Shown one piece after another: positions 10,914 through 21,483 of a DNA stretch of 64,000 nt (positions within the stretch are counted from its first letter, which is position 1; each line of letters begins with the position of its first letter). The position numbers and the translations under genes are program-made. Where the stretch lies: the NCBI GenBank assembly GCA_965249575.1, contig OZ252244.1, forward strand, positions 32,001 through 96,000, read 5' to 3'. The DNA comes from Gemmatimonadales bacterium. Its GTDB lineage: Bacteria; Gemmatimonadota; Gemmatimonadetes; Gemmatimonadales; GWC2-71-9. Under the pieces are notes generated by a model, which searched no databases, was not told the DNA's origin, and saw nothing but the letters and a program-made list of their open reading frames with translations.

Positions 10914-12287
10914 TCAAACGACCACTCCGCGTTCCCGAAGCCACGACTCCACCTCGTCGCGGTAGGCTTCGAGATCGGCCGAAGACCCCGCCTCGAACCG
11001 CAGCACAATCACCGGTTGAGTATTCGATGCCCGGAGCAGCCCCCACCCGTTGGGAAAAGCGATGCGGACGCCATCCAGCGTTAGGACCTCGTATCGGCTG
11101 GCGAATTCCTTCGCGGCGTCTCTGACCAGGTCGAACTTCACCTCGTCCGGACAATCCACCCGCAATTCCGGCGTGGTTTCAGTATGCGGAAGGTCGGCCA
11201 GCAGGTGAGAAAGGGGCCCGGGCTGGGTGGCCACATAGGCCAACAGCCGAGCCGCAGCGAACAGCGCGTCGTCGAATCCGTAGTAATCGCCGGCGAAGAA
11301 CATGTGCCCGCTCATCTCGCCGGCAAGGGGCGCGCCGAGCTCCTGCATCTTGGCTTTGATCAGCGAGTGCCCCGTCTTCCAGATGACGGGCTCCAGCCCA
11401 GCTCGAGCCAACTCGGTTCGCAGTACTTCGGAACATTTGACGTCGAATATCACCGAGTGACCCCGACCAATTCGCCGCACGAGATCCCGACCAAACAGCA
11501 CGAGTAGCTGATCGCCGTAGACCACGCGGCCTTGCTCGTCGACCGCGCCGATCCGATCGGCGTCACCGTCGAACGCGATGCCCAGATCGGCTCCGGTACG
11601 CCGCACACTCTCCTGAAGTTCAGCGAGATTCTCCGGCACCGTCGGATCGGGATGGTGATTCGGAAACGTGCCGTCCGACACACAGAACAGCGGCACCACG
11701 TCGGCGCCGAGCTTGGTCAAGAGCGGCTCGGCCACCAGGCTCCCGACACCGTTCCCGCAGTCGACCACTACCTTGACCGGGCGGAGGAGTGGGCCGTTTC
11801 TGCTCAGCACGGCCTCCATGTACCCAGTCAGGACGTTTGGCTCTTTTTCGATCGCGCCAGTACCCGCGTCGCCCGAGTCCGCTTCGATGATGTGCCGAAG
11901 CCCCTGTATGTCGTCGCCGTGCAGCGTCTTTCCGCCGACCACCATCTTGAAGCCGTTGAACTCGGGCGGATTGTGTGATCCGGTGACCTGGATTCCGCCG
12001 TCGACCGAGGGGTCCTCGAGTGCGAAATAGAGCGCCGGGGTCGGGAGCATCCCTACATCCACCGCGGTCCCACCGGCAGCCGCCACCCCCTCCCGAACCG
12101 CGCTCGCGAGGCGTTCGCCGGAGGGTCGGTTGTCGCGCCCGATCGCCAGCCTCGGGCGATGTCCTAACCGTTTCCGTGCCTCCGTCGCCACGGCTCGACC
12201 GACGGCGTGCGCGAGATCCGGACGGAGTTGTTCGTCGACAACGCCCCGAATGTCGTATTGGCGAAAGACAACTGATGGAACGTGCAC
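10914..12287 (-). CDS. Phosphomannomutase/phosphoglucomutase (AlgC-like)
   Basis: FRQYDIRG, TGSHNP, FDGDADR, GEMSGH, RASNT. Confidence 0.95.
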   Translation of the reverse strand: MHVPSVVFRQYDIRGVVDEQLRPDLAHAVGRAVATEARKRLGHRPRLAIGRDNRPSGERLASAVREGVAAAGGTAVDVGMLPTPALYFALEDPSVDGGIQVTGSHNPPEFNGFKMVVGGKTLHGDDIQGLRHIIEADSGDAGTGAIEKEPNVLTGYMEAVLSRNGPLLRPVKVVVDCGNGVGSLVAEPLLTKLGADVVPLFCVSDGTFPNHHPDPTVPENLAELQESVRRTGADLGIAFDGDADRIGAVDEQGRVVYGDQLLVLFGRDLVRRIGRGHSVIFDVKCSEVLRTELARAGLEPVIWKTGHSLIKAKMQELGAPLAGEMSGHMFFAGDYYGFDDALFAAARLLAYVATQPGPLSHLLADLPHTETTPELRVDCPDEVKFDLVRDAAKEFASRYEVLTLDGVRIAFPNGWGLLRASNTQPVIVLRFEAGSSADLEAYRDEVESWLRERGVVV

Positions 12288-12314
12288 GGCCTCTCCGCGG
12301 GACGAGCTGGCCCG

Positions 12315-13829
12315 TTACTCGCCGAGCGAGTAAGTAGCGGCCGGGAGGAGCGCCTCGCCACCAGCCTGTGCGATGTCGAGAACGCGGTTCGGCCAGACGC
12401 CGAACAGAAGAAGGAGCAGCGTGGCGGACGCCACCACCATGCGGGCAGCACCGGCGACGCTGACTCCGTCATGCGCGGTCGTCGAGGCGGGGGCCTTCAT
12501 GTACATCGCCATGACGACTGGCAGGTAATAGCCGGCGGACACAACGCTACCCGCAACCAAGACGACACCGAGAGACCCCTGCCCCGCCTCGATGAGGGCC
12601 GAGAGGATCGCCCACTTTCCGATGAAGCCCGCGGTCCCGGGGAAGCCCAGCAGTGATAGCATGAACACGGCCATCGCGAACGCGACCCATGGACGGCGCG
12701 AGGCGAGGCCGCTCAAGTCGTCGATCATGACATCGCGCTCTCCCTCGGACCCCATCGCCGCCAGCACTGCGAAGGCCCCTAGCGTCATCAGGGCATAGGC
12801 CAGCACGTAGAATAGAAACGCCGACGCGCCAAGGTCCGTACCGCTCGCCACGGCGGCCAGAAGGTATCCCGTGTGTCCGATAGAGCTGTACGCCAACATT
12901 CGTTTGAGGTGCCGCTGGGCGAGCGCGATGAGATTCCCGGCGATTATGGTGACGGTAGCCAACCACCAGACGGCCTCTTGCCAGATCGGCGCCGTCCCAC
13001 CGAGGGCATGAACGAGGATTCGTATGAGGGCGGCAAACCCTGCGGCCTTCACGGCTGCGGCCATGTATGCGGTGACCGGGGTCGGCGCTCCATCGTAGAC
13101 GTCCGGCGCCCACATGTGGAACGGTACCGCGGCCACCTTGAAGGCGAACCCCACCAGCAGCAAACCGACACCTGCGAGTAGCATCTTGTTGCTACTCAGC
13201 TCGAGGGCGGAGATCTGAAAGTCGATGAGCGTCAGGTTCGTCGTACCGGTCGCACCGTAGATGAGTGCCACGCCATACAACAGGAAGCCCGATGCGAACG
13301 CGCCGAGCAAGAAGTATTTCAGCGCGGCCTCCGCAGCGGCGGGGCTCCGCCGGTCGAAACCAGCGAGCACGTAGATCGAGACCGATAGCAGTTCGAGTCC
13401 GAGGAAGATGACGACCAAGTCGGCGCCGCTCACCATGAACAACCCACCCACCGTGGCCAAGATCAGCAGGACGTAGTATTCCGGTGCCCAGATCCGCTCG
13501 CGCCCGAGATAGCCAAGGGACAGCAGCACGGTGAGAATGGCGCCGAGCAACACCACCAGCGAAGCCGCGAAACGGAACGCGTCCAGCGCGATCATGATCG
13601 CGAGACCGCTGGGTCGAGCCTCCTGCACCCACAGCCACAGGAGAGCGAGCAACGCGCTGGCGAGGGCCACCAGCGCCAGCTGACCCATTCGTCGCTGGTT
13701 GTCGGGTCCCTGGTTCCGCCAGCCGGCGACGGCCGTGAGCACGAGGGCCCACGCACTCAGGATCAGCTCCGGCAACAGCGCGAGCGTCATCCCACCGGCC
13801 GACGCGAGATCAACGTCCATCGGCGTCAC
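12315..13829 (-). CDS. nuoN: NADH-quinone oxidoreductase subunit N
   Basis: EAALKYF, FKVAAVPFHMWAPDVYDG, KRMLAYSSI. Confidence 0.96.
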   Translation of the reverse strand: MTPMDVDLASAGGMTLALLPELILSAWALVLTAVAGWRNQGPDNQRRMGQLALVALASALLALLWLWVQEARPSGLAIMIALDAFRFAASLVVLLGAILTVLLSLGYLGRERIWAPEYYVLLILATVGGLFMVSGADLVVIFLGLELLSVSIYVLAGFDRRSPAAAEAALKYFLLGAFASGFLLYGVALIYGATGTTNLTLIDFQISALELSSNKMLLAGVGLLLVGFAFKVAAVPFHMWAPDVYDGAPTPVTAYMAAAVKAAGFAALIRILVHALGGTAPIWQEAVWWLATVTIIAGNLIALAQRHLKRMLAYSSIGHTGYLLAAVASGTDLGASAFLFYVLAYALMTLGAFAVLAAMGSEGERDVMIDDLSGLASRRPWVAFAMAVFMLSLLGFPGTAGFIGKWAILSALIEAGQGSLGVVLVAGSVVSAGYYLPVVMAMYMKAPASTTAHDGVSVAGAARMVVASATLLLLLFGVWPNRVLDIAQAGGEALLPAATYSLGE

Positions 13830-15381
13830 CGAGCCTCATGTCGAGGGTGAGCGCCGCCGCCCCGTTGCCCTGGCGGGCTCGAACATCTTCAACCAGCGCC
13901 GCGGCCGAGGCCTCCACCCGTTTCAGAACAGGCGCGGGGTACAACCCGACCCATAGGATGCACGCGATGAGCGGCCCGAGCACGAGCAGCTCGCGCACGC
14001 CGAGGTCACGCATTTTGGAGTTGTCGGAAGACGTGATCTTGCCGAACAGCATTCGCTCCAACGCCCACAGCAGGTAAGCGGCCGCGAAGATCACCCCAGT
14101 CGTCGCGACGACCGTCGCCCATGGCAGCGTCCCGAACGATCCGACGAGAACGAGAAACTCTCCGATGAAACCGTTCGTTCCGGGGAGGCCAATCGAAGAC
14201 AGAGCGACGAGTACGAGTACGGCGGACAGCGCGGGCACCACCCGGGCGATTCCGCCGAAGTCCGAAATGTCGCGGGTGTGCCGCCGCTCATAGAGCATAC
14301 CCGCAAGAAAGAACAGCGCTCCCGTCGAGATGCCGTGGTTGATCATTATGACAATAGCGCCCTGCACGCTCTGCAACGTCAGGGCCCAAATCCCCAGCAT
14401 CACAAAGCCCAGATGACTCACTGAGGAATAGGCCACGAGTTTCTTGAAATCGGGTTGGACCATCGCGACGAGCGCCCCGTAGATGATCCCGATGACAGCC
14501 AAGGAGACCACCACCGTTCCGACGGTCGGGCTGAGCGCCACTCCCGGAAAAAACGGAACCGCGAACCGCAGGAATCCGTAGGTCCCCATCTTGAGAAGGA
14601 TACCGGCGAGAATCACTGACCCCGCGGTTGGCGCCTCCACGTGCGCGTCGGGAAGCCAGGTGTGGAACGGGAACATCGGTACCTTGATCGCGAAGGCCAA
14701 GAAGAAGGCACCGAACAGCCAAAAGGCCCACCGGTCAGCCGCCCCCACATTCTCGAGCAGGTGGCCGTACGCAAACGAGTACACCCCAGTAGCCTCACCG
14801 ACGAGGTAATAGATCGTCAGGATCGCGACCAGCATCAGGAGTGAACCGATGAACGTGTAGATGAAGAACTTGATGGCCGCGTAGAGCCGCCGACCGCCGC
14901 CCCAGACCCCGATGATGAAGTACATCGGAATCAGCATTACTTCCCAGAACACATAGAACAGAAACAGATCGAGCGCTACGAACACACCGAGCATTCCGGT
15001 GGTCAGCACGAGCAACAAAGCGTAGTATGGCGCCTCGCGATCCTTGATGTAGCTCCAGCTACCGAGCACCGCCAACGGCATGGTGAACGTCGTGAGCAGC
15101 ACCATGAATAACGAGATGCCATCGACCCCCACGTGGTACGCGATTCCCCACGCGGGAATCCACGCATGTAGGCTTTCGAACTGCATCTCTGCCGTGCCGG
15201 GGATGAACGCCCACCACAGACCCGCAGAGAGGACGAACTCCAGCAGCGCACCGGCCAGGGCGACGTGTTTGATCGAGCGCGCCGGTGCGAACATCACCAC
15301 CAACCCACCCAGCAGCGGCACGACCAACAACAGATCCAAGACCCAGCTGCCGTATCCGATACTGGCCAGAAACACCGTCAT
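13810..15381 (-). CDS. nuoM: NADH-quinone oxidoreductase subunit M
   Basis: FWEVMLIP, PFHTWLPDAHVEAPT, LLKMG. Confidence 0.96.
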   Translation of the reverse strand: MTVFLASIGYGSWVLDLLLVVPLLGGLVVMFAPARSIKHVALAGALLEFVLSAGLWWAFIPGTAEMQFESLHAWIPAWGIAYHVGVDGISLFMVLLTTFTMPLAVLGSWSYIKDREAPYYALLLVLTTGMLGVFVALDLFLFYVFWEVMLIPMYFIIGVWGGGRRLYAAIKFFIYTFIGSLLMLVAILTIYYLVGEATGVYSFAYGHLLENVGAADRWAFWLFGAFFLAFAIKVPMFPFHTWLPDAHVEAPTAGSVILAGILLKMGTYGFLRFAVPFFPGVALSPTVGTVVVSLAVIGIIYGALVAMVQPDFKKLVAYSSVSHLGFVMLGIWALTLQSVQGAIVIMINHGISTGALFFLAGMLYERRHTRDISDFGGIARVVPALSAVLVLVALSSIGLPGTNGFIGEFLVLVGSFGTLPWATVVATTGVIFAAAYLLWALERMLFGKITSSDNSKMRDLGVRELLVLGPLIACILWVGLYPAPVLKRVEASAAALVEDVRARQGNGAAALTLDMRLGDADGR

Positions 15382-15391
15382 CGACAGGGGC

Positions 15392-17362
15392 TCATCGTGT
15401 CATCGCGCGCAGCACCGCCCACACGCCGACGACGAAAAAGAAGACGTACGCGCCGACCTGACCGGTCTGTAATCGGCTGCCGAGCCACCCGGCAAACCGG
15501 CTGAATCGCGCGGCTCCGTTGACACCCAGCTCGTCAATGAGGCCCGCGTCGATGCTCTTCCACAGGACGCGCCGAGACAGCCAGATCAACGGGCGCACGA
15601 CGAGCGCATCGTACACCTCGTCGATCCAGTATCGATTGGATAGGATCCGCTGGAGGCCCCGCTCCACCGGCGATTGCCGCGCCGGCAGCAGATCGCCTGG
15701 TGAAAGGATACGGACGGCTCCAAAAATGCCGGCCGCGGCGATTACAGTGGCGAGCCCTAACAGCGCCCATTCCGTTCCGGCAGCGGGGTGCGACTCCGGG
15801 AGGTACTGCGCGCCGAGGGCCATCACGGGCGCCAGCCAGTGCTCGAGCCACCCGCTCCCCGGGAGTACGTGGGGAAGGTTCAACCCGCCCGCAAGCACCG
15901 AGCCGACACCCAGCAAAACGAGCGGTCCGGTCATGACCCACGGGGCTTCATGCAGGTGCGGTCGCTCGTCCTCGCCGGTGCGGTTCGGCCCGTGGAACGT
16001 GTACAACATGAGCCGGGTCATGTAGAACGCCGTGAGCAACGCCGCGACCAACCCGAGACCCCAAAACACGTAGTAGACGGGCGCGTCGTGCTGCGCCCGG
16101 GCGAACGTCCGCGCGAGGATTTCGTCCTTCGAGAAGAACCCGGAAAACCCTGGGACCCCCGCAATGGCGAACGTCGCAATCCACATGAGCCCCCAAGTCC
16201 ACGGCATGGGCATCTTCAGACCACCCATGTTGCGCATGTCCTGGGCGTCTTCATGACGGTGCGTGGAATGGTAGGCGGCGTGCAGTGCGTGGATTACGCT
16301 GCCGGCTCCCAGGAAGAGCAACGCCTTGAAGAAAGCGTGCGTGACGAGATGGAAGATGCCCGCTGTGTATGCCCCAACCCCGACACCGACGAACATGTAC
16401 CCCAATTGCGACACGGTGGAGTACGCCAGTACCTTCTTGATGTCCCACTGCTTCAGCGCGATCGTCGCGGCGAAGAGCGCTGTGAGCGCACCAACCCCGG
16501 CCACAACCGCACTCGAAACTGGCGCCATGGCGAACAGCACGTTCGCTCTTGCGATCAGGTACACTCCCCCCGTCACCATCGTCGCGGCGTGAATCAGGGC
16601 CGACACTGGCGTCGGTCCCGCCATGGCGTCCGGAAGCCACGTATACAGCGGAATCTGGGCCGACTTTCCGGTGCAACCCAGAAACAGGGCGAGTGTAGTG
16701 AGTGTGATCGTCGCCCCCCCGATCGCGAATACCGAGGGTGCCCGGTCGAACACCTCGACAAATGCAAGTGAACCGGTGTACTCGTAAACGACGAACATCG
16801 CGACCAGGAAACCGAAATCGCCGATGCGGTTCATGATGAACGCCTTCTTCCCCGCCGCCGCGTTCGCCTCCTCGGTAAACCAAAAGCCGATCAGGAGATA
16901 GCTACAGAGGCCGACGCCCTCCCACCCGACAAACATCACCGGGAAATTCGCACCCAGCACCAGCACCAACATGAAAAACACGAAGAGATTCAGGTAGGCG
17001 AAATACCGAGCGTAGCCCGCATCGTGCCGCATGTACCCTACGCTGAACACGTGAATCAGCGTCCCGACACCTGTGACGACGAGAAGCATCACACAGGAGA
17101 GTTGATCCACCTGCAGCGCCGCATCGACCTGCAGCGCCCCAACCGGCATCCACTGCCAGTATGTGAAGATCGCCGGCAACGAATCGGGAGCCGCCACCGC
17201 CCCGGCGACCACGGCCACCGCTACGACAAGGGCCGCGCCGAGCGCGCCCACACCGATCACGTTGACGGCCCGTCTTGCGTCCGGCCGGTAAAAGCTCAAC
17301 GCACCGTTCGCGACGAAGCCCGCGAGTGGCAGGAGCACGACCAACCACACCCACTCCATCAC
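15392..17362 (-). CDS. nuoL: NADH-quinone oxidoreductase subunit L
   Basis: WEGVGLCSY, NRIGD, WLPDAMAGPTPVSALIHAATMV. Confidence 0.96.
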   Translation of the reverse strand: MMEWVWLVVLLPLAGFVANGALSFYRPDARRAVNVIGVGALGAALVVAVAVVAGAVAAPDSLPAIFTYWQWMPVGALQVDAALQVDQLSCVMLLVVTGVGTLIHVFSVGYMRHDAGYARYFAYLNLFVFFMLVLVLGANFPVMFVGWEGVGLCSYLLIGFWFTEEANAAAGKKAFIMNRIGDFGFLVAMFVVYEYTGSLAFVEVFDRAPSVFAIGGATITLTTLALFLGCTGKSAQIPLYTWLPDAMAGPTPVSALIHAATMVTGGVYLIARANVLFAMAPVSSAVVAGVGALTALFAATIALKQWDIKKVLAYSTVSQLGYMFVGVGVGAYTAGIFHLVTHAFFKALLFLGAGSVIHALHAAYHSTHRHEDAQDMRNMGGLKMPMPWTWGLMWIATFAIAGVPGFSGFFSKDEILARTFARAQHDAPVYYVFWGLGLVAALLTAFYMTRLMLYTFHGPNRTGEDERPHLHEAPWVMTGPLVLLGVGSVLAGGLNLPHVLPGSGWLEHWLAPVMALGAQYLPESHPAAGTEWALLGLATVIAAAGIFGAVRILSPGDLLPARQSPVERGLQRILSNRYWIDEVYDALVVRPLIWLSRRVLWKSIDAGLIDELGVNGAARFSRFAGWLGSRLQTGQVGAYVFFFVVGVWAVLRAMTR

Positions 17363-17369
17363 CGGCCGT

Positions 17370-17666
17370 TCACCCTCTCAGCAAATTGAAGCGTTGCAGA
17401 TCTACCGATTCGTTATGGCGGTAGAGAGCGATGATGATCGCGAGCCCGACGGCAGCTTCGGCCGCGGCCACCGCCATCACGAAGAACACGATGACTTGGC
17501 CTTCCGCTCCGAGCTGCTGCGCCAGCGCAATGAACGTGAGATTGACCGCGTTCAGCATGAGCTCCACACACATGAAGATGACGATGACATTGCGTCGGAG
17601 CAGGACCCCGGCCACGCCCAGGCTGAACAGAACGCCCGAAATCACAAGCGAGGGCTCCAGGAGCAC
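17370..17666 (-). CDS. nuoK: NADH-quinone oxidoreductase subunit K
   Basis: RRN...ELMLN...[10 protein letters not shown]. Confidence 0.96.
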   Translation of the reverse strand: MLLEPSLVISGVLFSLGVAGVLLRRNVIVIFMCVELMLNAVNLTFIALAQQLGAEGQVIVFFVMAVAAAEAAVGLAIIIALYRHNESVDLQRFNLLRG

Positions 17667-18181
17667 TAAATCCTCCGTTTGGCCAGCACGACGGACCCAA
17701 CAATGGCAGCCAAGAGCAGCAGTGCCGTGATCTCAAAGGGGATGAGGTAATCGCGGAACAACGGCACCGCGATCACTCGTACGGCGCCCTGTGCGTCGCT
17801 CAACCCTGCCAACGCCCCTGTGGGGAGTCTGATCGCCTCGTCGGGACCGAGCGTGCGAAGCACGAGCAGTTCGGCAACCAGCAGTCCCCCAAGGGCCACC
17901 GCAACGACGCGGCCCGGCCAACCCCGCATGTCCGTCAGGCCGCCCCTGCCCAGGTTGAGTAGCATGATGACGAAGAGAAACAGCACCATGATGGCGCCGG
18001 CGTAGACGACTACTTGGATTACTGCGATGAATTGCGCATCGAGAATCACGAAGAGGCCCGCGATCGCGAAGAGCGCCACGACCAACCACAACGCGCTCGC
18101 CACTGCACTCGCCCGCGTAATACACAGAAACGCCGCGAGGATCGCCACACCGCCAAACACCCAAAACACGCCTTCCAGCAT
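17666..18181 (-). CDS. nuoJ: NADH-quinone oxidoreductase subunit J
   Basis: [17 protein letters not shown]. Confidence 0.95.
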   Translation of the reverse strand: MLEGVFWVFGGVAILAAFLCITRASAVASALWLVVALFAIAGLFVILDAQFIAVIQVVVYAGAIMVLFLFVIMLLNLGRGGLTDMRGWPGRVVAVALGGLLVAELLVLRTLGPDEAIRLPTGALAGLSDAQGAVRVIAVPLFRDYLIPFEITALLLLAAIVGSVVLAKRRI

Positions 18182-18184
18182 CCG

Positions 18185-18691
18185 CTATTCGCCCTTCGGA
18201 TCCGACGGATCCCACAGCGTCGAGACTGCGTGGGTCTGCGCGCAGAGGCGCTCGAGGTCATAGACGAAGCGTCCGCGCTCGTACTCCGCGTTCTCGTAGT
18301 GGGTCCCCACGTGAATGGCCTCTTCCGGACACACCTCCTGGCAATAACCGCAGAATACGCACCGGAACTCGTCGATTTCATAGATGAGCGGGTACCGGTG
18401 TCCCTCTTCGTCCTCCCCGGGGACCAGTTTGATGCAATTGGCGGGGCAAATCTGCGGACACAGCCCGCATGCAACGCACTTGGCGCGTCCCTGCTCATCG
18501 GTCAGCATTCGATGGGTTCCACGCCACCGTGGCGCGAGCTGCCATTCATCCGTCGCTTTGTGCTCCGGATACTGCATGGTCACCTTGGGTCGGAACAGGT
18601 GACTGAACGTGAGGGCCATCCCCTTGAGGGTTGCCCGCAAGTAGCTTACTTCGCGGTCGGGCCTTTGCATGGTTTTGACGCCGATCGCCAT
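18185..18691 (-). CDS. nuoI: NADH-quinone oxidoreductase subunit I
   Basis: Two ferredoxin motifs CVACGLCPQICP and CVFCGYCQEVCP; start at ATG 18691 overlapping the nuoH stop. Confidence 0.96.
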   Translation of the reverse strand: MAIGVKTMQRPDREVSYLRATLKGMALTFSHLFRPKVTMQYPEHKATDEWQLAPRWRGTHRMLTDEQGRAKCVACGLCPQICPANCIKLVPGEDEEGHRYPLIYEIDEFRCVFCGYCQEVCPEEAIHVGTHYENAEYERGRFVYDLERLCAQTHAVSTLWDPSDPKGE

Positions 18692-19905
18692 TATGCCTCC
18701 AGACCTCTGCGCGCCCGCGCTCCGGGGAGTACCCCGCCACGATCGAACACACGCAGCAGGACGACCCCGAGCGCCGCGTTGAGCAGCCCCAAAATCAGGC
18801 CGTACAGGATGCCGAACGGGATCCCCGCCGCGTCGAGCGCCCAGACGGCGATGGCGACAAAGGCGATGTAGCCGAACGTGAACGGCAAGAGAAACTTCCA
18901 TCCAAGCTGCATGAGTTGATCGAAGCGAAACCGTGGGAGGGTCCACCGAACCCAAATGTAGAGGAACACGAAGCCGATCGTCTTGGCCGAGAAGGCCAGT
19001 AACGTGGCGAGTGATTTGATCACCGTTGGCTCGCCTTCGTCCCAGGTCGTGAATGGGATATCCCAACCGCCAAGAAAGAGCGTGGTGATCACCGCTGACG
19101 CAGTAATGATATTGGAGTACTCAGCGATGAAAAACATGGAGAACTTCATTGAGCTGTACTCAGTGTGATATCCGGTAACGAGCTCTGATTCCGCTTCAGG
19201 TAAATCGAAGGGCAGACGATTCGTCTCGGCGAAGGCCGTGACGAGGAAGACCGCAAACGCGACCGCCAGGGCGATGACAAACCACACCGACTCCTGCTGC
19301 CGCGCCACAACTTCCGACAGCGTAACGTTCCCGACGAGGATGATCACCGCAATCACCATCATCGCCATGGGGATCTCGTAACTAATCATCTGCGCACTGG
19401 ACCGAAGCCCCCCGAGAAGCGCGTACTTGCTCCCAGACGACCACCCGGCGATGACGATGCCGTACACACCAAGACTCGTAATGGCCAGCACGTAGAGAAT
19501 ACCGACCGGCAGGTCAGCGATGACCATGGGCATCGGACCGTCATGTACGAACCGGCCGAGCAACGGCATGGTGAAATCGAACGAGACCGGCATTGGCGCC
19601 GCAAAGGGCACCACCGCGAAGGCCAGGAGCGCAGGTATGAACGAGATGGCGGGGGCGAGCAGGAAGAGCCACCGATCGGCCTCGGCGGGGTATGTCTCCT
19701 CCTTCATGATGTTCTTCAATCCATCGGCGACGGACTGAAGTAGCCCTTCGGGTCCCACACGATTGGGCCCCAAACGATCTTGGATCCACGCGCTCACGCG
19801 CCGCTCTGCCCAGATCACCATCATCACGCCGACCATGATCACCGTGAACACGGCGAGGATTTTGACCGTGCTCACGAGGAGAAACCCCTTGAATTCCGGT
19901 GTCAC
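18691..19905 (-). CDS. nuoH: NADH-quinone oxidoreductase subunit H
   Basis: ERR...QDRLGPNRVG, AETNRLPFDLPEAESEL. Confidence 0.96.
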   Translation of the reverse strand: MTPEFKGFLLVSTVKILAVFTVIMVGVMMVIWAERRVSAWIQDRLGPNRVGPEGLLQSVADGLKNIMKEETYPAEADRWLFLLAPAISFIPALLAFAVVPFAAPMPVSFDFTMPLLGRFVHDGPMPMVIADLPVGILYVLAITSLGVYGIVIAGWSSGSKYALLGGLRSSAQMISYEIPMAMMVIAVIILVGNVTLSEVVARQQESVWFVIALAVAFAVFLVTAFAETNRLPFDLPEAESELVTGYHTEYSSMKFSMFFIAEYSNIITASAVITTLFLGGWDIPFTTWDEGEPTVIKSLATLLAFSAKTIGFVFLYIWVRWTLPRFRFDQLMQLGWKFLLPFTFGYIAFVAIAVWALDAAGIPFGILYGLILGLLNAALGVVLLRVFDRGGVLPGARARRGLEA

Positions 19906-21476
19906 GCCGGAATGCCGGCCCCGTCCAGCACGACGCCCGCCATCCCCAGTCGGCCGTAGCTGAGCCCCGCAAACACGGACTCGTGCCGCGCCAGCATCTC
20001 GAAGGCCTCCGCGGCATCCGCGAGGGGCTCGCCGCGCCCAGCGATCCTGAGCGCCTCACTCAGCACCCACCACGCCGGCCTCGCCATCCCCGGAGCCGAC
20101 TTCGCCTGAAAGTATCGCTGTAGTCTGCGGTCGCGGCTTACGAACGTGCCGTCTTCTTCCGACACGTTCGCGACGGGCAGTACGACCTTCGCCCCGCGCG
20201 CGGCGTCAGGTAGCATCGTCCCCACAAACACCACATTCCCAGCTTCTTCGAGGAGTGCTGCGGAAACCCCGCTGAGGTCATCGTCCAAGATCAGCACCAG
20301 CGCGGCGTCCCGCGTTGCGTGGACCGCCGATTCAAACGACTCGGTGTACCCGAGCAGGGCGGCACCAGTGGCATTCGGGGCGCGCTCCGACCGTAGGGCC
20401 AAATTCGGCACCCCGTGGAGTGGCGCCTCCCCGTCGACCCGGTGCACCCGGAACGAGCCCTGGAGGTCGAACCGGTCCAGCAGTTGCTTCGCCAGGAAGA
20501 GGGACTCATTCGATGCGCCGGCCGACACCAGTGCAACCGCTCGCCCCTGTGCGCCCGCCACCAGTCTCGCCGCCTCGGACAGGGCGTGGTCCCAGTCTAC
20601 CGCCACCAACTCCCCCCGCTCCGCGATCAACGGTGCCTCGATGCGGTCCCCACGATTCATCCACCGAAAATGGCGCCGTCCGTGATCGCACGCGAAATAG
20701 CGATTGACCTCGTCATTGGACCGTGGACGGACGCGAACTACGACGTCTTCACGGGTGTCGAGGGTCACGTTGCACCCTTGCGAGCATCCAGTGCAGACAC
20801 TGGGCGTCTTGTCCAGCTCCCATGCCCGCGCCTTGTGAAGGAAGTCTTTCGAGATGAGCGAGCCCACCGGGCAGAGATCGACCACGTTCCCCGCCCATGG
20901 ATGATCCAGCATCCTGTCCGGATGAATGCCGATAAAGGCCCGATCACCCCGCTCGCTCACGTTCAGAATGTCGTCGTGCGCAACGTCGTCCATGAACCGC
21001 ACGCACCTCGTGCACAGGATGCACCGGTTAGGTACGTAGAGAACGTCGCCACCAAAGTCCTCGACCGGATTGAATCGCTTGGCGTAGCTGCCGTATCTCG
21101 TTCGCGCACGCCCTTCCTGAAAGACGTAATCTTGGAGCTCGCACTCCCCCGCCTGGTCGCAGATTGGGCAGTCCAGCGGATGATTGATCAGCAGGAACTC
21201 GAGCACCGCCTGGCGGGCTTCCTCCGCTGCCTCGCCGTTCACATGCACTACTTGCCCGTCAGCGACAGCGGTGGCGCACGCAATCTGCAGCTTGGGAGCC
21301 TTTTCCACCTCCACCAGACACATCCGACACACGCCCGCTACCGGTAGCCCCGGGTGATAGCAGTAATGCGGTATGACCACACCCACCTGCTTCGCCGCCT
21401 CGATGATCGACGTACCCTTGGGGACCGTAACCTCGGTCCCCTCAATGGTCAGGGTGACGGCCTCTTGATCGCCCAT
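19902..21476 (-). CDS. nuoG: NADH-quinone oxidoreductase subunit G (short form, 524 aa)
   Basis: CYH...CRMCLVE, NHPLDCPICDQAGEC, CILCTRC...CPVG, CTGCSQGC...CDHG; position between nuoF and nuoH. Confidence 0.93.
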   Translation of the reverse strand: MGDQEAVTLTIEGTEVTVPKGTSIIEAAKQVGVVIPHYCYHPGLPVAGVCRMCLVEVEKAPKLQIACATAVADGQVVHVNGEAAEEARQAVLEFLLINHPLDCPICDQAGECELQDYVFQEGRARTRYGSYAKRFNPVEDFGGDVLYVPNRCILCTRCVRFMDDVAHDDILNVSERGDRAFIGIHPDRMLDHPWAGNVVDLCPVGSLISKDFLHKARAWELDKTPSVCTGCSQGCNVTLDTREDVVVRVRPRSNDEVNRYFACDHGRRHFRWMNRGDRIEAPLIAERGELVAVDWDHALSEAARLVAGAQGRAVALVSAGASNESLFLAKQLLDRFDLQGSFRVHRVDGEAPLHGVPNLALRSERAPNATGAALLGYTESFESAVHATRDAALVLILDDDLSGVSAALLEEAGNVVFVGTMLPDAARGAKVVLPVANVSEEDGTFVSRDRRLQRYFQAKSAPGMARPAWWVLSEALRIAGRGEPLADAAEAFEMLARHESVFAGLSYGRLGMAGVVLDGAGIPA

Positions 21477-21483
21477 AAGCTCC

